Source: Felis catus
Taxonomy: Eukaryota
Length of the DNA stretch: 64,000 nucleotides
NCBI RefSeq assembly: GCF_018350175.1
Contig: NC_058368.1
Coordinates: 137,518,001 to 137,582,000, forward strand
Reading direction: 5' to 3'
Translations under genes and position numbers: made by a program
Notes under the pieces: generated by a model
Database searches by the model: none
What the model saw: the letters and a program-made list of their open reading frames with translations, nothing else
Told to the model about the DNA's origin: nothing
Shown here: in pieces, positions 11,597-23,747 of the stretch
How positions within the stretch are numbered: position 1 is the stretch's first letter
Layout of the letters: every line of letters begins with the position of its first letter

Positions 11597-12483
11597 TCCA
11601 GTTAGTTAATTATTCCAATATATTTTTTTAAAATCACTGCCACCACTATCCAAACCTGTCTTTTAAGATTAGTGGGTTAAGTTATCTGCTCTTTTTTTCA
11701 TATTGCTTTGGCCTAATGCTTTGCTCCAACAGTGTGGGGCCATAATGTAGAAATCATGGATTGAATGAACAAAGATTGTAAACAGGTAATGTCTAAATTT
11801 TTCTTAATCCCAAGTTTCTATGAATAGTTTCAACATTGAATATCTAATATACTGAGAATCCTAATTTATTTTGAAAGAATTAATTTACAGCAAGTTGCAA
11901 AGATAGTACAGAGCAGTCTTGTGTGCCTTTCACCTGTTTTCTCCTCATAACTTCTTGCAGAAATACAGTATCATGACTGGGATGATGACATTAATGCAGT
12001 CTGAGCATTTCCATGACCACAAGGATCTTTTGGTCTTTTGTGCTGATTGCCCTTTTACAGCCACTTTTCTTCCATCACCACCCTCCTTAGCCTCTGGCAA
12101 CCAATAATCTTTTCTCCATTTCTATAATTCTGTCAATTCAAGAATGTTATTTAAGTTGGAATCCTACCATAACCTTTTCAGATTTTTTTTTTTTTTATTC
12201 AGCACAGTTCTCTTGAGTTCCACCCAGGTTCTTGCACGTATGAATAGTTTATTCCTTTTTGTTGTTAAATAGTAGTATTCCATGGTATAGATGCACTAAA
12301 ATTTGTTTTAACCATTCACCTATCATAGGACCTTTAGTTGTTTCCAGTTTTTGGCTATTAGAAAAAAGTGCTTTGAACAATCATGTACAGGTTTTTCTAT
12401 GGACACAGTGTCCCCTCTGACCCTGGTAATTTTCTTTCTGAAGTTTGGTTTTATCTAACAAGAAGACAGTCATTCTGCCCTAA

Positions 12484-12683
12484 TTTTTTTATTTTAAAGT
12501 TTATTTATTTTAAGAGAGTGTGCATGAGCTGGGGAAGGGGCAGAGAGGTGAGAGAGAATTCCAAGCTGACTCCACACTTTCAGTTTAGAGCCCAGCGTGG
12601 GCTTGAACTCATGAACTGTGAGATCATGACCTGAGCCGAAACCAAGAGTTGGATGCTTAAGCCACTGAGCCACTCAGTTGCCC
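12484..12683 (-). mobile_element. CanSINE
   Basis: gggcttgaactcatgaactgtgagatcatgacctgagccgaa. Confidence 0.9.
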
Positions 12684-12850
12684 ATCTTTTTTTTTTTTAA
12701 TTAACTTTTATATGGTATATTTTTTCTATTTTTTTTACTTTCCCCCATCTATGGTGTTATATATGAAGTGAATTTCTTATAGACAGCATATAGTTAGGTC
12801 ATGTTTTTTAATCCATTCTACCAATCTGTATTTTGTTATCTTTGGACAGT

Positions 12851-13214
12851 TTATTTATTTATTTATTTTTTAAATTTACATCCAAGTTAGTTAGCATATA
12901 CTGCAGCAATGATTTCAGGAGTAGATTCCTTAATGCCTCTTACCTATTTAGTCCATCCCCCCTCCTACAACCCCTCCAGCAACCCTCTCTTCTCTATATT
13001 TAAGACCCTCTTAGGTTTTGTTCCCCTCCCTGTTTTTATATTATTTCTGCTTACCTTCTCTTATGTTTATCTGTTTGTATCTTAAATTCCTCATATGAGT
13101 GCAGTCATACGATATTTGTCTTTCTCTAATTTTGCTTAGCATAATACCTTTAGTTCCATCCACATAGTTGCCAGTGGCAAGATTTCATTCTTTTTGATTG
13201 CTGAGTAATACTCC

Positions 13215-13261
<47 letters not shown>

Positions 13262-14427
13262 ATACATACATACATACATACACACCACATCTTCTTTATC
13301 CATTCATCTGTCAATGGACATTTGGGCTCTTTCCATACTTTGGCTATTGTTGATAGTGCTGCTGTAAACGTTGGGGTGCATGTGCCCCTTCAAAACAGCA
13401 CACTTGTATCCCTTGGGTAAATACCTAGTAGTGCAATTGCTGGGTCCTAGGGTTATTTTCAGTTTTTTGAGAAACCTCCATACCGTTTTCCAGAGTGGCT
13501 GCACCAGTTTGCATTCCTACCAGCAATGCAAAAGAGATCCTCTTTCTCTGCATCCTCACCAACATCTGTCATTGCCTGAGTCGGTAATTTTAGCTGTTCT
13601 GACTGGAGTAAGGTGGTGGTATTTCATTGTGGTTTTCATTTGTATTTCTGTGATGATGAGTGATTTGAGCATTTTTTCATGTGTCTGTTCGCCATCTGGA
13701 TGTCTTCTTTGGCCCATTTCTTCACTGGACTGTTTGTTTTTTGGGTGTTGAGTTTGATAAGTTCTTTGGATACTAACCCTTTATCTGATATGTCATTTGC
13801 AAATATCTTCTCCCATTCCGCAGGTTGCCTTTTAGTTTTGCTGATTGTTTCCTTCGCTGTGCAGAAGCTTTTTATTTTGATGAGGTCCCAGTAGTTTATT
13901 TTTGCTTTTGTTTCCCTTGCCTCCGGAGAGGTGTTGAGTAACAAGTTGCTGTGGCCAAGGTCAGATAGGTTTTTGCCTGCTTTCTCCTCTAGGATTTTGA
14001 TGGCTTCCCATCTAACATTTAGGTCTTTAATCCATTTTGAGTTTATTTTTGTGTTTGGTGTAAGAAAGTGGTCCAGGTTCATTCTTCTGCATGTTGCTGT
14101 CCAGTTTTCCCAGCACCATTTGCTGAAGAGACTGTCTTTATTCCACTGGCTATTCTCTTCTGCTTTGTCAGAGATTAGCTGGCCATACGTTTGTGGGTTC
14201 ATTTCTGTGTTGTCTATTTTGTTCCACTTATCTGAGTGTTTTTGTGCCAGTACCATACTGTCTTGATGATTACAGCTTTGTAATACATCTTGATGTCTGG
14301 GATTGTGATGCCTCCAGCTTCGGTATTCTTTTTCAGAATTGCTTTGGCTATATGGGGTCTTTTCTGGTTCCATACAAATGTTGGTATTATTCTAGCTCTG
14401 TGAAGAATGCTAGTATTATTTTGATAG
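12851..14427 (-). mobile_element. 5'-truncated felid/carnivore L1 (ORF2 C-terminus plus 3'UTR), ~1.6 kb
   Basis: ORFs 13636..14373 and 13304..13504 give ORF2 peptides ([21 protein letters not shown]); (TTTA)n tail at ~12851. Confidence 0.93.
13217..13259. repeat. (TG)n microsatellite followed by (CATA)n
   Basis: Seen directly. Confidence 0.95.
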
Positions 14428-14615
14428 AGACTGCTTACCATAATTATTGACATAACAGGGCTTATGTGTGTCATTTTATCTTTGGTTTTCATTTTGTTTT
14501 CTTTTTCCTGCCTTCCCTGAGGGTTATTTGAACCTTTTTTAGAGCTGCATTGTGATTTATTTATAAAGTTTTTGAACATATGGCTCTGTTTTCACTCTTC
14601 ACTACCTTCAGATAG

Positions 14616-14820
14616 TTTTTTTTTTAATTTTTAAATTAAATTTTAATTAAGTTTTTAGAGAGCACAAACTGGGGAGAGGGGCAGAAGGAGAAAGAGAGAA
14701 TCTTAAGCAGACTTCATGCTTAGCACAAAACCCGATGCGGGGCTCTATCCCACAGCCCTGGGATCATGACCTGAGCCAAAACTAAGAGTTGGATGTTCAA
14801 CTGAGCCACCCAGGTGCCCC
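14616..14820 (-). mobile_element. CanSINE
   Basis: gatcatgacctgagcc...ctgagccacccaggtgcccc. Confidence 0.9.
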
Positions 14821-15051
14821 CCAGTAGTTTCTCTAGCCAGAATTTATAGTTGTAATCTTTAAGAGGTCAGTCCAGAAGCAGCTTACTCAGTCCTGTAGAA
14901 AACAGCTCGGCATTATTTTAAATTATTACATCATACTGTATAGTGTATTGTAAACAAATTTAAAAGTGGTATCAACAAATTCTTACAACTTCTAGGAGAT
15001 TACATATCTGTATGTTTTTAGGGTACTGGGAATAAGAATAAAGTATTTTAT

Positions 15052-15292
15052 TTTTTTTTATTTTTTTTATTTAAAAAAAATTTTTTTTTCAACGTTTATT
15101 TATTTTTGGGACAGAGAGAGACAGAGCATGAACGGGGGAGGGGCAGAGAGAGAGGGAGACACAGAATCGAAAACAGGCTCCAGGCTCCGAGCCATCAGCC
15201 CAGAGCCTGACGCGGGGCTCGAACTCAAGGACCGCGAGATCGTGACCTGGGTGAAGTCGGACGCTTAACCGACTGCGCCACCCAGGCGCCCC
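15052..15292 (-). mobile_element. Young felid CanSINE (SINEC_Fc-type)
   Basis: CpG-rich; perfect 18-bp TSD AAGAATAAAGTATTTTAT (15034-15051, 15293-15310). Confidence 0.95.
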
Positions 15293-15447
15293 AAGAATAA
15301 AGTATTTTATAAAAACTTTCTGATTTCTAATGGATCCAATTTGGTAAAGCTTAAAGTATTTTAAAGTATTATTTACATATTAGCAAACAATATGCAGAAC
15401 TTAAAGTGCTCTATTTCTAGGGGTTATAAGTGTATCACTTGTCATCA

Positions 15448-15630
15448 TTTTCTTTTAATGTTTATTGGAGAGAGAGAGGGCCCTAGCACACAAGCAGGGT
15501 TGGGGTAGAGAGGGAGTGAGATAATCTCCATGTTGATAGCTTGGAGCCTCGCCCTCTCAAACCGTGAGATCAAAATTGAGTCAAAATTGAGAGTCCAATG
15601 CTTAACATACTGAGCCACCCACATACCCCT
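15448..15630 (-). mobile_element. Degenerate CanSINE
   Basis: aaccgtgagatc...tgcttaacatactgagccaccc. Confidence 0.75.
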
Positions 15631-16389
15631 TTTCATCTTTTAATCTATAGAATCTACTCTTCACTCTGTATTAGATTTTTCATTTCTAGATTTTATCCAG
15701 TCTGTTAACTCACTGCTGGCTACAGTAGGCTTTTTATTCAGTTTGGAAGCTATAGCCATGTTAATTCTGCTCTTTGTTCTCCTTGACCTTATGCTGTGAC
15801 TGAGATCATCTTTCATACTGTTCTTGCTGAGCCTTAGCAAGTGAATGGATGAAGAATAGTAAACTTTACCAGTACAAGAATATTGGCTGTCCAGTTCCAA
15901 CTGGCATTTCTTGGCGATCTTTTTTATTTCATATAAAAATTATTTTGGAACTATTTTATTCTTGTATATTTTTTGTAAGTTAGAAGTTATTTGCATTCTC
16001 CCTACACACGTGTTTATGTATGTGTATATAGTTCGTTTTCTGATCATTTTAGTATAAATTCTATACATTATGGTCCTTCATCCCTAACTTCCTAAATGTG
16101 TATTTCTTAAAAATGGGATTATTCTCTTAACATAGCATACTTAGAGAAGTGTTCCTCCATCCTTTATCTCTTATACTTCATCACCCTCCCTTGTAGGTAA
16201 CCAACTTTATTATATTCTGATTGATCCTTCCAGTGGCTTTTATTCCCCCATAAAGAAGAGATCTGTGCTCTTAAAACTTCCCTTCTTTCTTACTTAAAAG
16301 ATATATATGTTCCTTTATATGCTTTTTTCAGTTAGCAGTTTTTCCTGGAAGTCATTCGCTATGAGTTCATAGAAACTTCTGATTTTTTT

Positions 16390-16617
16390 TTTATTTAAAA
16401 AAAATTTTTTTTTTAATGTTAATTTATTTTTGAGACAGAGAGAGACACAGCATGAGCAGGGAAGGGGCAGAGAGAGAGGGAGACACAGAATGTGAAGCAG
16501 GCTGCAGGCTCTGAGCTGTCAGCACAGAGCCCGACGCGGGGCTCGAAGTCACGAACTGTGAGATCATGACCTGAGCCGAAGTCGGATGCTTAACTGACTG
16601 AGCCACCCAGGCGCCCC
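16390..16617 (-). mobile_element. Felid CanSINE
   Basis: TSD GAAACTTCTGATTTTTTT on both sides. Confidence 0.95.
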
Positions 16618-17208
16618 GAAACTTCTGATTTTTTTAATAGATATATAGTACTCTGTTTTCTGTGTGTACTGTAGTTTATTCAACTATGCTTGGACATTAG
16701 ATGCTCTCCAGCAGTTCTGAGTTACAGATCATCTTTGATCTGTTATATACATATTTTTAAATTGTTGGAGGTGTATCTTCAGGGTAAATTCTTAGAAATT
16801 GAATTCCTGGGTGGGAGAGTAAATATGTTTATACTTTTGTTAGATAATGCTAAATTTCTTTCTCTAGAGATTGTACTGTTTTTTATTTATACCAGCAAAG
16901 CCTAAGAGTACATTTTCCCACAGTTATGCCAACAGAATATATTTTCAAGCTTTTGAAATTTTGCCTGCCTCATGGGTAAGATGATTATTTTAGTATAGTT
17001 TTAATTTTCTTGGTCATCTTTAATTTCTGTTTTTTTCTGTATTTTTGATAACTATTTCCATTTATTGAGACTGTCAGCCCTCTGATTTAATCATCTCTCA
17101 TTTCCACTTTGAAGACTGGGATGAAAATTTGGTTATCTACAGAACTGTTGGTGTTCCTGCTCAAACACCTATTCTCTTCCTTTTAGTGATTCTCCTACTT
17201 AATTTTAT

Positions 17209-17442
17209 TTATTTTATTTTATTTATTTATTTATTTTTTCAACGTTTATTTATTTTTGGGACAGAGAGAGACAGAGCACGAACGGGGGAGGGGCAGAGAG
17301 AGAGGGAGACACAGAATTGGAAACAGGCTCCAGGCTCTGAGCCATCAGCCCAGAGCCCGACGCGGGGCTCGAACTCACAGACCGCGAGATCGTGACCTGG
17401 CTGAAGTCGGACGCTTAACCAACTGCGCCACCCAGGCGCCCC
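17209..17442 (-). mobile_element. Young felid CanSINE (SINEC_Fc-type)
   Basis: Perfect 18-bp TSD TCTCCTACTTAATTTTAT (17191-17208, 17443-17460). Confidence 0.95.
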
Positions 17443-17669
17443 TCTCCTACTTAATTTTATAGTGCTTTTCTCTTTCAGACATCTGAAGCATAAAGTGTGA
17501 TCTGAAGCTAACTTAACCAAAAAGATGTAACTTTTCCACTTAATTATTGTATGAGCCTGTTGGTATTTGATAAATGACATAGCCCCTATAATAGTTGAAG
17601 CTATTTTGCTAATCTTTTGTATTTCTGTAGTATGATCCATGATTACAGTTTTTATTTTTCTTCCCATAG

Positions 17670-17727
17670 AACATTCCTGATGTAGATGAAGAAGGCTATA
17701 GTATAAAACCAGAAGCAAATCAGAATG
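17670..17727 (+). CDS. FCHO2: FCHO2 exon, 58 nt [19 protein letters not shown](D), AP2-binding linker
   Basis: ccatag|AACATT acceptor; ends at U12 donor G|atatccttt. Confidence 0.93.
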
Positions 17728-18003
17728 ATATCCTTTCATCATTTGGATATTCCTATGGATTGTGTTAGCATATAAGTAGACAGTTATAACAAAATGATCT
17801 GTTGTTTAATAAAAACTTCAAATTTTTAATTATAATAAAATGTGACTCCATAGTAGTTTGACATGTTTTTACTAATGAGTTAGTACTGTTTCTGTGAAAG
17901 TCTACCTTATCTCTTAAAGGTTTTATATTCCTTTTTGTAAATGTATGAAAACTGGTTATGCATTAAGATCACTTAAGAACCGAATTCTTTAACTGATACT
18001 CAC
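17728..18003 (+). other. U12-type (minor spliceosome) AT-AC intron, 276 nt
   Basis: 5'ss ATATCCTTT at 17728; branch site TTCTTTAAC at 17985-17993; 3'ss ...ctcAC at 18002-18003; removal restores the frame G|AT = Asp in NQND-TKENHFY. Confidence 0.93.
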
Positions 18004-18179
18004 ATACCAAAGAGAACCATTTCTACTCATCTAGTGATTCTGATTCTGAAGATGAAGAACCAAAGAAATATCGGATAGAAATCAAACCTGTGCATCCAAA
18101 TAACTCACATCACACAATGGCTTCCTTGGATGAATTAAAAGTATCTATAGGAAATATCACACTGTCCCCAGCAATATCT
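18004..18179 (+). CDS. FCHO2: FCHO2 exon, 176 nt (D)[58 protein letters not shown]
   Basis: AC| acceptor; TCT|gtaagt donor; open frame, phase 1/0. Confidence 0.94.
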
Positions 18180-19648
18180 GTAAGTAAGAATAAGAGCAAG
18201 TTCGTACTCTTCATGTAGAAGCCTTATTTTTTTTTAACCTTATCTACTTGCATCTGCTTAATTTTAGGAATAATAAAATAAAATATCATTAGGAATAGTT
18301 AATTAAGCATATTGGATAAGGAGATACTTTATAATTTGTCATCAGTTTTATTGAGGTCTCCAGTGTCTGATTTTTATATAGGCAAATGAATTTGAGTTTG
18401 GCTTAGTTTTGTTTCCTTTTGAAAGTTTTACTGGGAAACAAAAATGTAGAAAATCTATTTCTGTCATTTATTTTCCAGTCTGTATGTTTCAGAAATTTGA
18501 ACTGGCAGTATTAATCTTTTCCTCATCTAATTTTAAAGTTTTTCATCCATATTTTATGAACTTTATATGAACAGGAATTCAGTAAAAATGGATTTAAACA
18601 TTAAGTTATGTGTCTGCATGCTTTTGCAACTGCAATATTTGTTTTTTCATACTTTTTATAAAAAAAGGCAAATATAAGAATTCTTAGTGATAATGGTTAG
18701 TTCCTCAATTCTAAGATCCCATATTTAACAGCTTTTGGAGGAGAAAAAAATCACCATAGCTAATCTTTCCATTGATGTCATAGTCTAAATTCAGGAATGT
18801 TAAACAGTGAGAAAAAAGCATGTCTTAGAATGACAGTTTAGTCTATCTGTACATGCTCATCATAACTGATATTATACCTGTTGTCCTTGATAATACAGAA
18901 TAAGTATTACCCATTTCATATTTTTTTATTATATATTGTTATTATATATTTTAAGAAGTCTGTATTTGGGAAAAAGTTTTTTTTCTCTCAGTCATGCACT
19001 TTTAGAATTTATTTTTTTGTACAAAAAAGACTGATTTCTGAAGTGAGGTTTTATTCTCCCATTGCTATTTAACCTTAAGATTAACACCCAAATTAAATTA
19101 TGATATATATATATGTACACATATATACATATATGTATACACGTGCATATATATCTACACACCTATATATATGAAGTAGGAAGCTATGAAATGACTAAAA
19201 ATTTTTATTATATAAGAATACAAATAATTTTAAAAATATGTGTAAATAAAACAAAAGCCTAGAGGAATATATACCAGAATGTTAAGCACCTTGCTCTTGT
19301 TAGTGAAAGCATTAGTGGTTTTAAATTTTCTTTGTACTTTTCTCTCTCTTCTATTTTTTAAAAAACTGAACATTCTAGTTTCATACTGAGAAAATAAATA
19401 ATAATGAGAACAGTTTAATAGTTAATATTGGGTTTGAAAAGAGGATATTTTGAGTATATTTTATTGAGCAGTGTGCTCATCTAGCTCATGTCCCTTACCC
19501 CAAACAATGCTCTGCATGTGTTTTAAGGTGTATAGATTTTTAGGTATGGTTTAGAAGGTAATAGACCAATTATGAAACCAAGAAAATAAGCTGTTTTAAA
19601 TTCTAAAATGTACACTATGTCTTTCTTTTTCTTTCCATGTACTACTAG

Positions 19649-19660
19649 AGACACAGCCCA
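19649..19660 (+). CDS. FCHO2: FCHO2 12-nt microexon RHSP
   Basis: Long pyrimidine tract + tag|AGACACAGCCCA|gtaagt; phase 0/0; RHSP lies between SPAIS and VQMNR in the recalled protein. Confidence 0.88.
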
Positions 19661-19948
19661 GTAAGTGCAAGATTTTATATTATTACCTATGGACTTAAAA
19701 AAATCATTTTAATGTTCGAACGTTGTTTTTCAGAATACTTGTGTTAAGTTTTTTAAATTTGCAGATCAAAGTATCTTGCTGTAGGCACTAACATTTTCAT
19801 ATTTTAAAACTTTTGAGTGTTAAAGATACATGCATTATCTTTTACTATAAAAAATACTGCATTTTTAACTATTTTTATGTAGTTTACGGTTGAGCAGATA
19901 TACCGAAAACAACTTAAAGTTAGGTTCCCAGTAATATTTTATGAAGTA

Positions 19949-20050
19949 GGCTCTTGGCTGGCTCAGCCAGAGCATGCAACTCTTGCTCTGCATTGTGAGT
20001 TCAAGCCCTGTGTTGGGTGTGGAGCCTACTTAAAAAATAAAAAATATATT
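19949..20050 (+). mobile_element. Short, older CanSINE
   Basis: ggctggctcag...gagttcaagccctgtgttgggtgtggag; TSD-like ttttatgaagta. Confidence 0.8.
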
Positions 20051-20131
20051 AAGAAAAATTTTTATGAAGTATTTCATTACCAAATTAAATTATTTGTTTA
20101 ACAACTTTTAGTTTTTGCTTTTCTCTTTTAG

Positions 20132-20156
20132 GTGCAGATGAATAGGAATTCATCTA
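20132..20156 (+). CDS. FCHO2: FCHO2 exon, 25 nt VQMNRNSS(S)
   Basis: ctctttttag|GTGCAG acceptor; TCTA|gtaagt donor; phase 0/1. Confidence 0.9.
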
Positions 20157-20231
20157 GTAAGTTTGACATTTAAATTGATTATTTTGTATCTATTAAAGTT
20201 TATCAGGCAATTTGCTAAGCTTATTGTAGCC

Positions 20232-20232
<1 letters not shown>

Positions 20233-20274
<42 letters not shown>

Positions 20275-20275
20275 T
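20233..20275. repeat. (TTTA)n microsatellite
   Basis: Seen directly. Confidence 0.9.
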
Positions 20276-21790
20276 AGAAATAAATGCTTTGTTCTCATCA
20301 TGACTGTTAGCAACAGACTAGATGGATACTTACTTTAAACAGGAGACAACTTAAGTATACTATTTATTTTAGCATTTAGACATGCCTTTAAATTTAATAC
20401 TTGGCTACAACATTTTTCAGAAATCAACAAAGCCAAATAGTAGCTTCTGTTTGAGAATGTAACATACATAACTCAGCCTCATGAGCCAGAAGGGACTATG
20501 AGAATGAGTAAGCTTTAGCTTTACTTATTTGTCCTATCACAATTGCAGTTTCTCTTCCATGGTTTTTACAAGACCATTGCTCTAACCTCTGAGCTATGGA
20601 GCCACCCTACTTCCATGGTTTTTAGTATAGTAAGTTAATTATACTAAAAAAATTTAGGGGGTTGTTAGCATCTTATGCAGAGTCATGCATTAAAATAACA
20701 AAGGTGAGAAAAATGGAGTTAAGGCATCCTACTCAAAAGTTATGCAATTTGTAAACAAAATGGTTAATATCAACCGTAACATCAATCCTATTAAAAATTC
20801 TAGCACAATGAAAAAGACCTATTAAATGCATTATATCAAACTAAAAGTAGGATTTTACTTTAAAAAAAAATGGTGAGTAGCTTGATGATAGGGGATGTGG
20901 GGAAAATGAGGATAAAAGTGGGCTCCTTTTATGGAGTTATGGAGATAAGGGCAAATTGTAGAAACATGGAGGAGAACAGCACAGTAAGTACTTTGAGGCC
21001 AAAAAAAGGGCCACATTGAGCCAGATGGGACAATGTGACATGAAGGGGCATCATATACAGTGTGGTATTCCTTGTAGTTTGCTGCAGTTACCTATGTTGA
21101 TACATTTTGCATTCATCAACTACATGTTGGTGATTCAAGACATCAAAGTACAGGGAAATTTGCTTATGAACTAACATGACTTTTGCATATTACTGATGCT
21201 TTCCCCTTTGTATAATAGTTGCTAATGAAATGGTTCACATTACTAATGCAAAAGGGAGCAAAACAGACTATTTTATAAAGACTTGCTTTAGAGTGCTATA
21301 AAAATTTTAATTTTTCGAGATACGACATCCTTCAAGAATTAACTACTTTTGGTCAATATAATCATTAATAATATTCTTACAGCTTGAAAAAATGCTTTCA
21401 TGATTCATCACTTATCATTTTTGAGTAATACTTAAGTATTTGAACATATGTTCTAATTTTTAAAGTTCTAGCCCATATTTTTTTCATCTGAACACCAATT
21501 TTATTTTCATGAATATGACAGTTTAGTTGACTTAAGTAATTTCTTACCAGAGGTGTTAAAAGAAATGAAGATATAGCAGAAGTTCAGTTATTATTTTGAT
21601 ATTCTTAAGTCTGTTAGAAAACTTGCTAAAGGCTTATTTTCCTTTTCTTCATAATTAAAAAAATTCGATTTATGTTATCAATTCCATAATTTTTCAATTG
21701 TTCGTAGTAATGAGATATATTAGTGTCTCTTTCCATTTAAGTATTTTATTACTCAGATTATGAATTGTTTCATATTTTGATTTTAATTAG

Positions 21791-21833
21791 GTGAAGAGCT
21801 AACAAAATCGAAGCCATGTGCTGGATCTAATGA
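21791..21833 (+). CDS. FCHO2: FCHO2 exon, 43 nt (S)EELTKSKPCAGSN(E)
   Basis: aattag|GTGAAG acceptor; AATGA|gtaagt donor; phase 1/2. Confidence 0.9.
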
Positions 21834-21849
21834 GTAAGTTTCACATTTT

Positions 21850-22180
21850 TTTTATTTTTAAATAGACTATATTTAGAGCAATTCTAGGTTCATAACAAAA
21901 TTCAGGCAAGGATACAGTTTTTGCATGTATATTCTCTGCTCCCACATACACCCAGCCTCCTTCACTATCATAATCCCCCATTAGAATGAAACATTTGTTA
22001 AAATTTTTGAGCCTACCCTGACACATCATTGTCACCCAAAGTCTGTGGTTTACATTAAGATTCACTCTTGGTCTTGTATGTCCTATGAGTTTTGACAAAT
22101 GGTCAAGGACGTGTGTCTCCATACATTATAGTGTCACACAGAATAGTTTAACTGTGCCCTCTACCTATTCATCCTACCCT
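21850..22180 (-). mobile_element. Old L1MC-like 3' end
   Basis: tagactatatttagagcaattctaggttc...gacacatcattgtcacccaaagtc...tttacattaagattcactcttg. Confidence 0.65.
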
Positions 22181-23585
22181 CTTTAATGTGTTTAGATATC
22201 ATTCTTTTATATTTTTTTCTTAGAAAATTTTACTATCTTTGCAGTTTCAATTAGAGTACAGTGTTGTTTATCCTCTAAGCTGTGAATTGTTCTTTGGGGT
22301 TTCTGGTTGTTTTAAATTATTTCTCACTTGACACTATTTTTTATAATTAAAAAAAAAAATCCATTTAACTGTATTTGGCCTTGGTGGCTTTACTACTTCT
22401 AAATAAATGGTAGTGTCCCAAGTTCATATATGTCTGTATTTTAACTAGTTATTCTCATGGAAATTTTCTCGTTTTTTTCCTTCAATTATTGGCTGTAACC
22501 CTGTAAAATATACTGCACTTTTAATGAACTTCAACAAGAAGATGTCTCAAGTTAAAAAAGGAGAGGGCTAGAAACCATGTTGCTAGCTCTTTTTAAAAAG
22601 GAAAAAATACTTTAAGCCAGAGTTTCTTTCATGCGTTTTTTTTTGTCATTTCTTTATCTGTCAGTAAGAATATATTCTTTTAATGTTTTTTTTTTCTTTT
22701 GTATAAGTAAAAGTAGTCTTCATTAAATGGAGAGTTTAAAATTATTTAATACTTTTAAAGTTAGGCATTAATTGAGCACAGTGGTGGTATTCATTTATCA
22801 TTTTAAAAGGTAAAGTTCAGTGTTTTAAAATTTTGTTTTCAGTAATTTATGCAGTTGTGATCCTAGGTTTTAAATACAAGGTGTGGTATGCTTCCATGTA
22901 AGTGCGTGTTGAGGTACTAGATATGTGCTTATAGATAACTACCATTTTTATTGTAATGAGCCTGTTTTCTAAGATGTGAGAACATAATGTTAAAAATTAA
23001 TGCCTGTTTGATACATTAAAATACTATTTTAATGGGATTAATTTTTTTTTTTACATCTCATATATAATTTTTACTTGTCAGTCATATCTCTGTAAAGCTG
23101 GAAAAAAAATTTAAAAAAGAGGTAGTGGCAAAGTTCAGGTACTATAGGATCTTAGAGATGAGACATCTTAAAAGGTGTATGACTAAAATGAAAAAAAAGA
23201 AACATGGATTTAAAAGTTTTTATTAAAGTAAAGAGCTGCAAGTTCAATCTTGAGAGTAACTAGGCCAGTGGATTCCAAGGGGTCAGTAGAGGGAAATCTT
23301 TGGTTATGCAGCATGTTGACTTTTTTGAAACTTGAATTTTGGTGTTCTTGATGCTTTTGTCCATAGTCTTGGTTACCTTTCATAAAAAGACCTGAGTGAC
23401 CTAAACATTTCACTAGACTGCCTCAGTGACCCAGGCTGTGGATTGACCAGGGAGAAGTCTGCCCTTGCATGATCTACTATAATAATCAGGCCTTTGAAGG
23501 TTATATCAGGGTTATATCAAGTAAGCTGTTGGGCTTATTTCTGTACTTGACAATTTCAAAGATGAAAGAAAAGGATAAATAGATA

Positions 23586-23747
23586 TTTTTTTAAATTATT
23601 TTTGGGGACGGAAGGGAGAGAAAGAAATCTGCACTGTCATCTCAGAGCTCAATGCAGGACTTGAACTCAGGAACCAAACCATGAGGTCATGACCTGAACC
23701 AATATCAAGAGTTGGATGCTTAAGCGACTGAGCCACCCAGGCGCCCC
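23586..23747 (-). mobile_element. CanSINE
   Basis: gcgactgagccacccaggcgcccc head. Confidence 0.88.

Larger units (their letters stand above)
11860..14580 (-). mobile_element. Old L1M fragments (3'UTR plus ORF1/ORF2 junction) hosting a younger SINE and L1
   Basis: L1M 3'UTR motifs at 11860-12410; ORF2-start motifs at 12710-12850 resume after 14430 (minus-strand translation [11 protein letters not shown]). Confidence 0.65.

Noticed and set aside
13636..14373. 245-aa minus-strand ORF as a host gene
   Set aside because: It is a frameshifted L1 ORF2 C-terminal fragment
17239..17742. 167-aa minus-strand ORF and the many MAQSVK.../MGQRETE... ORFs
   Set aside because: They are translations of CanSINE sequence
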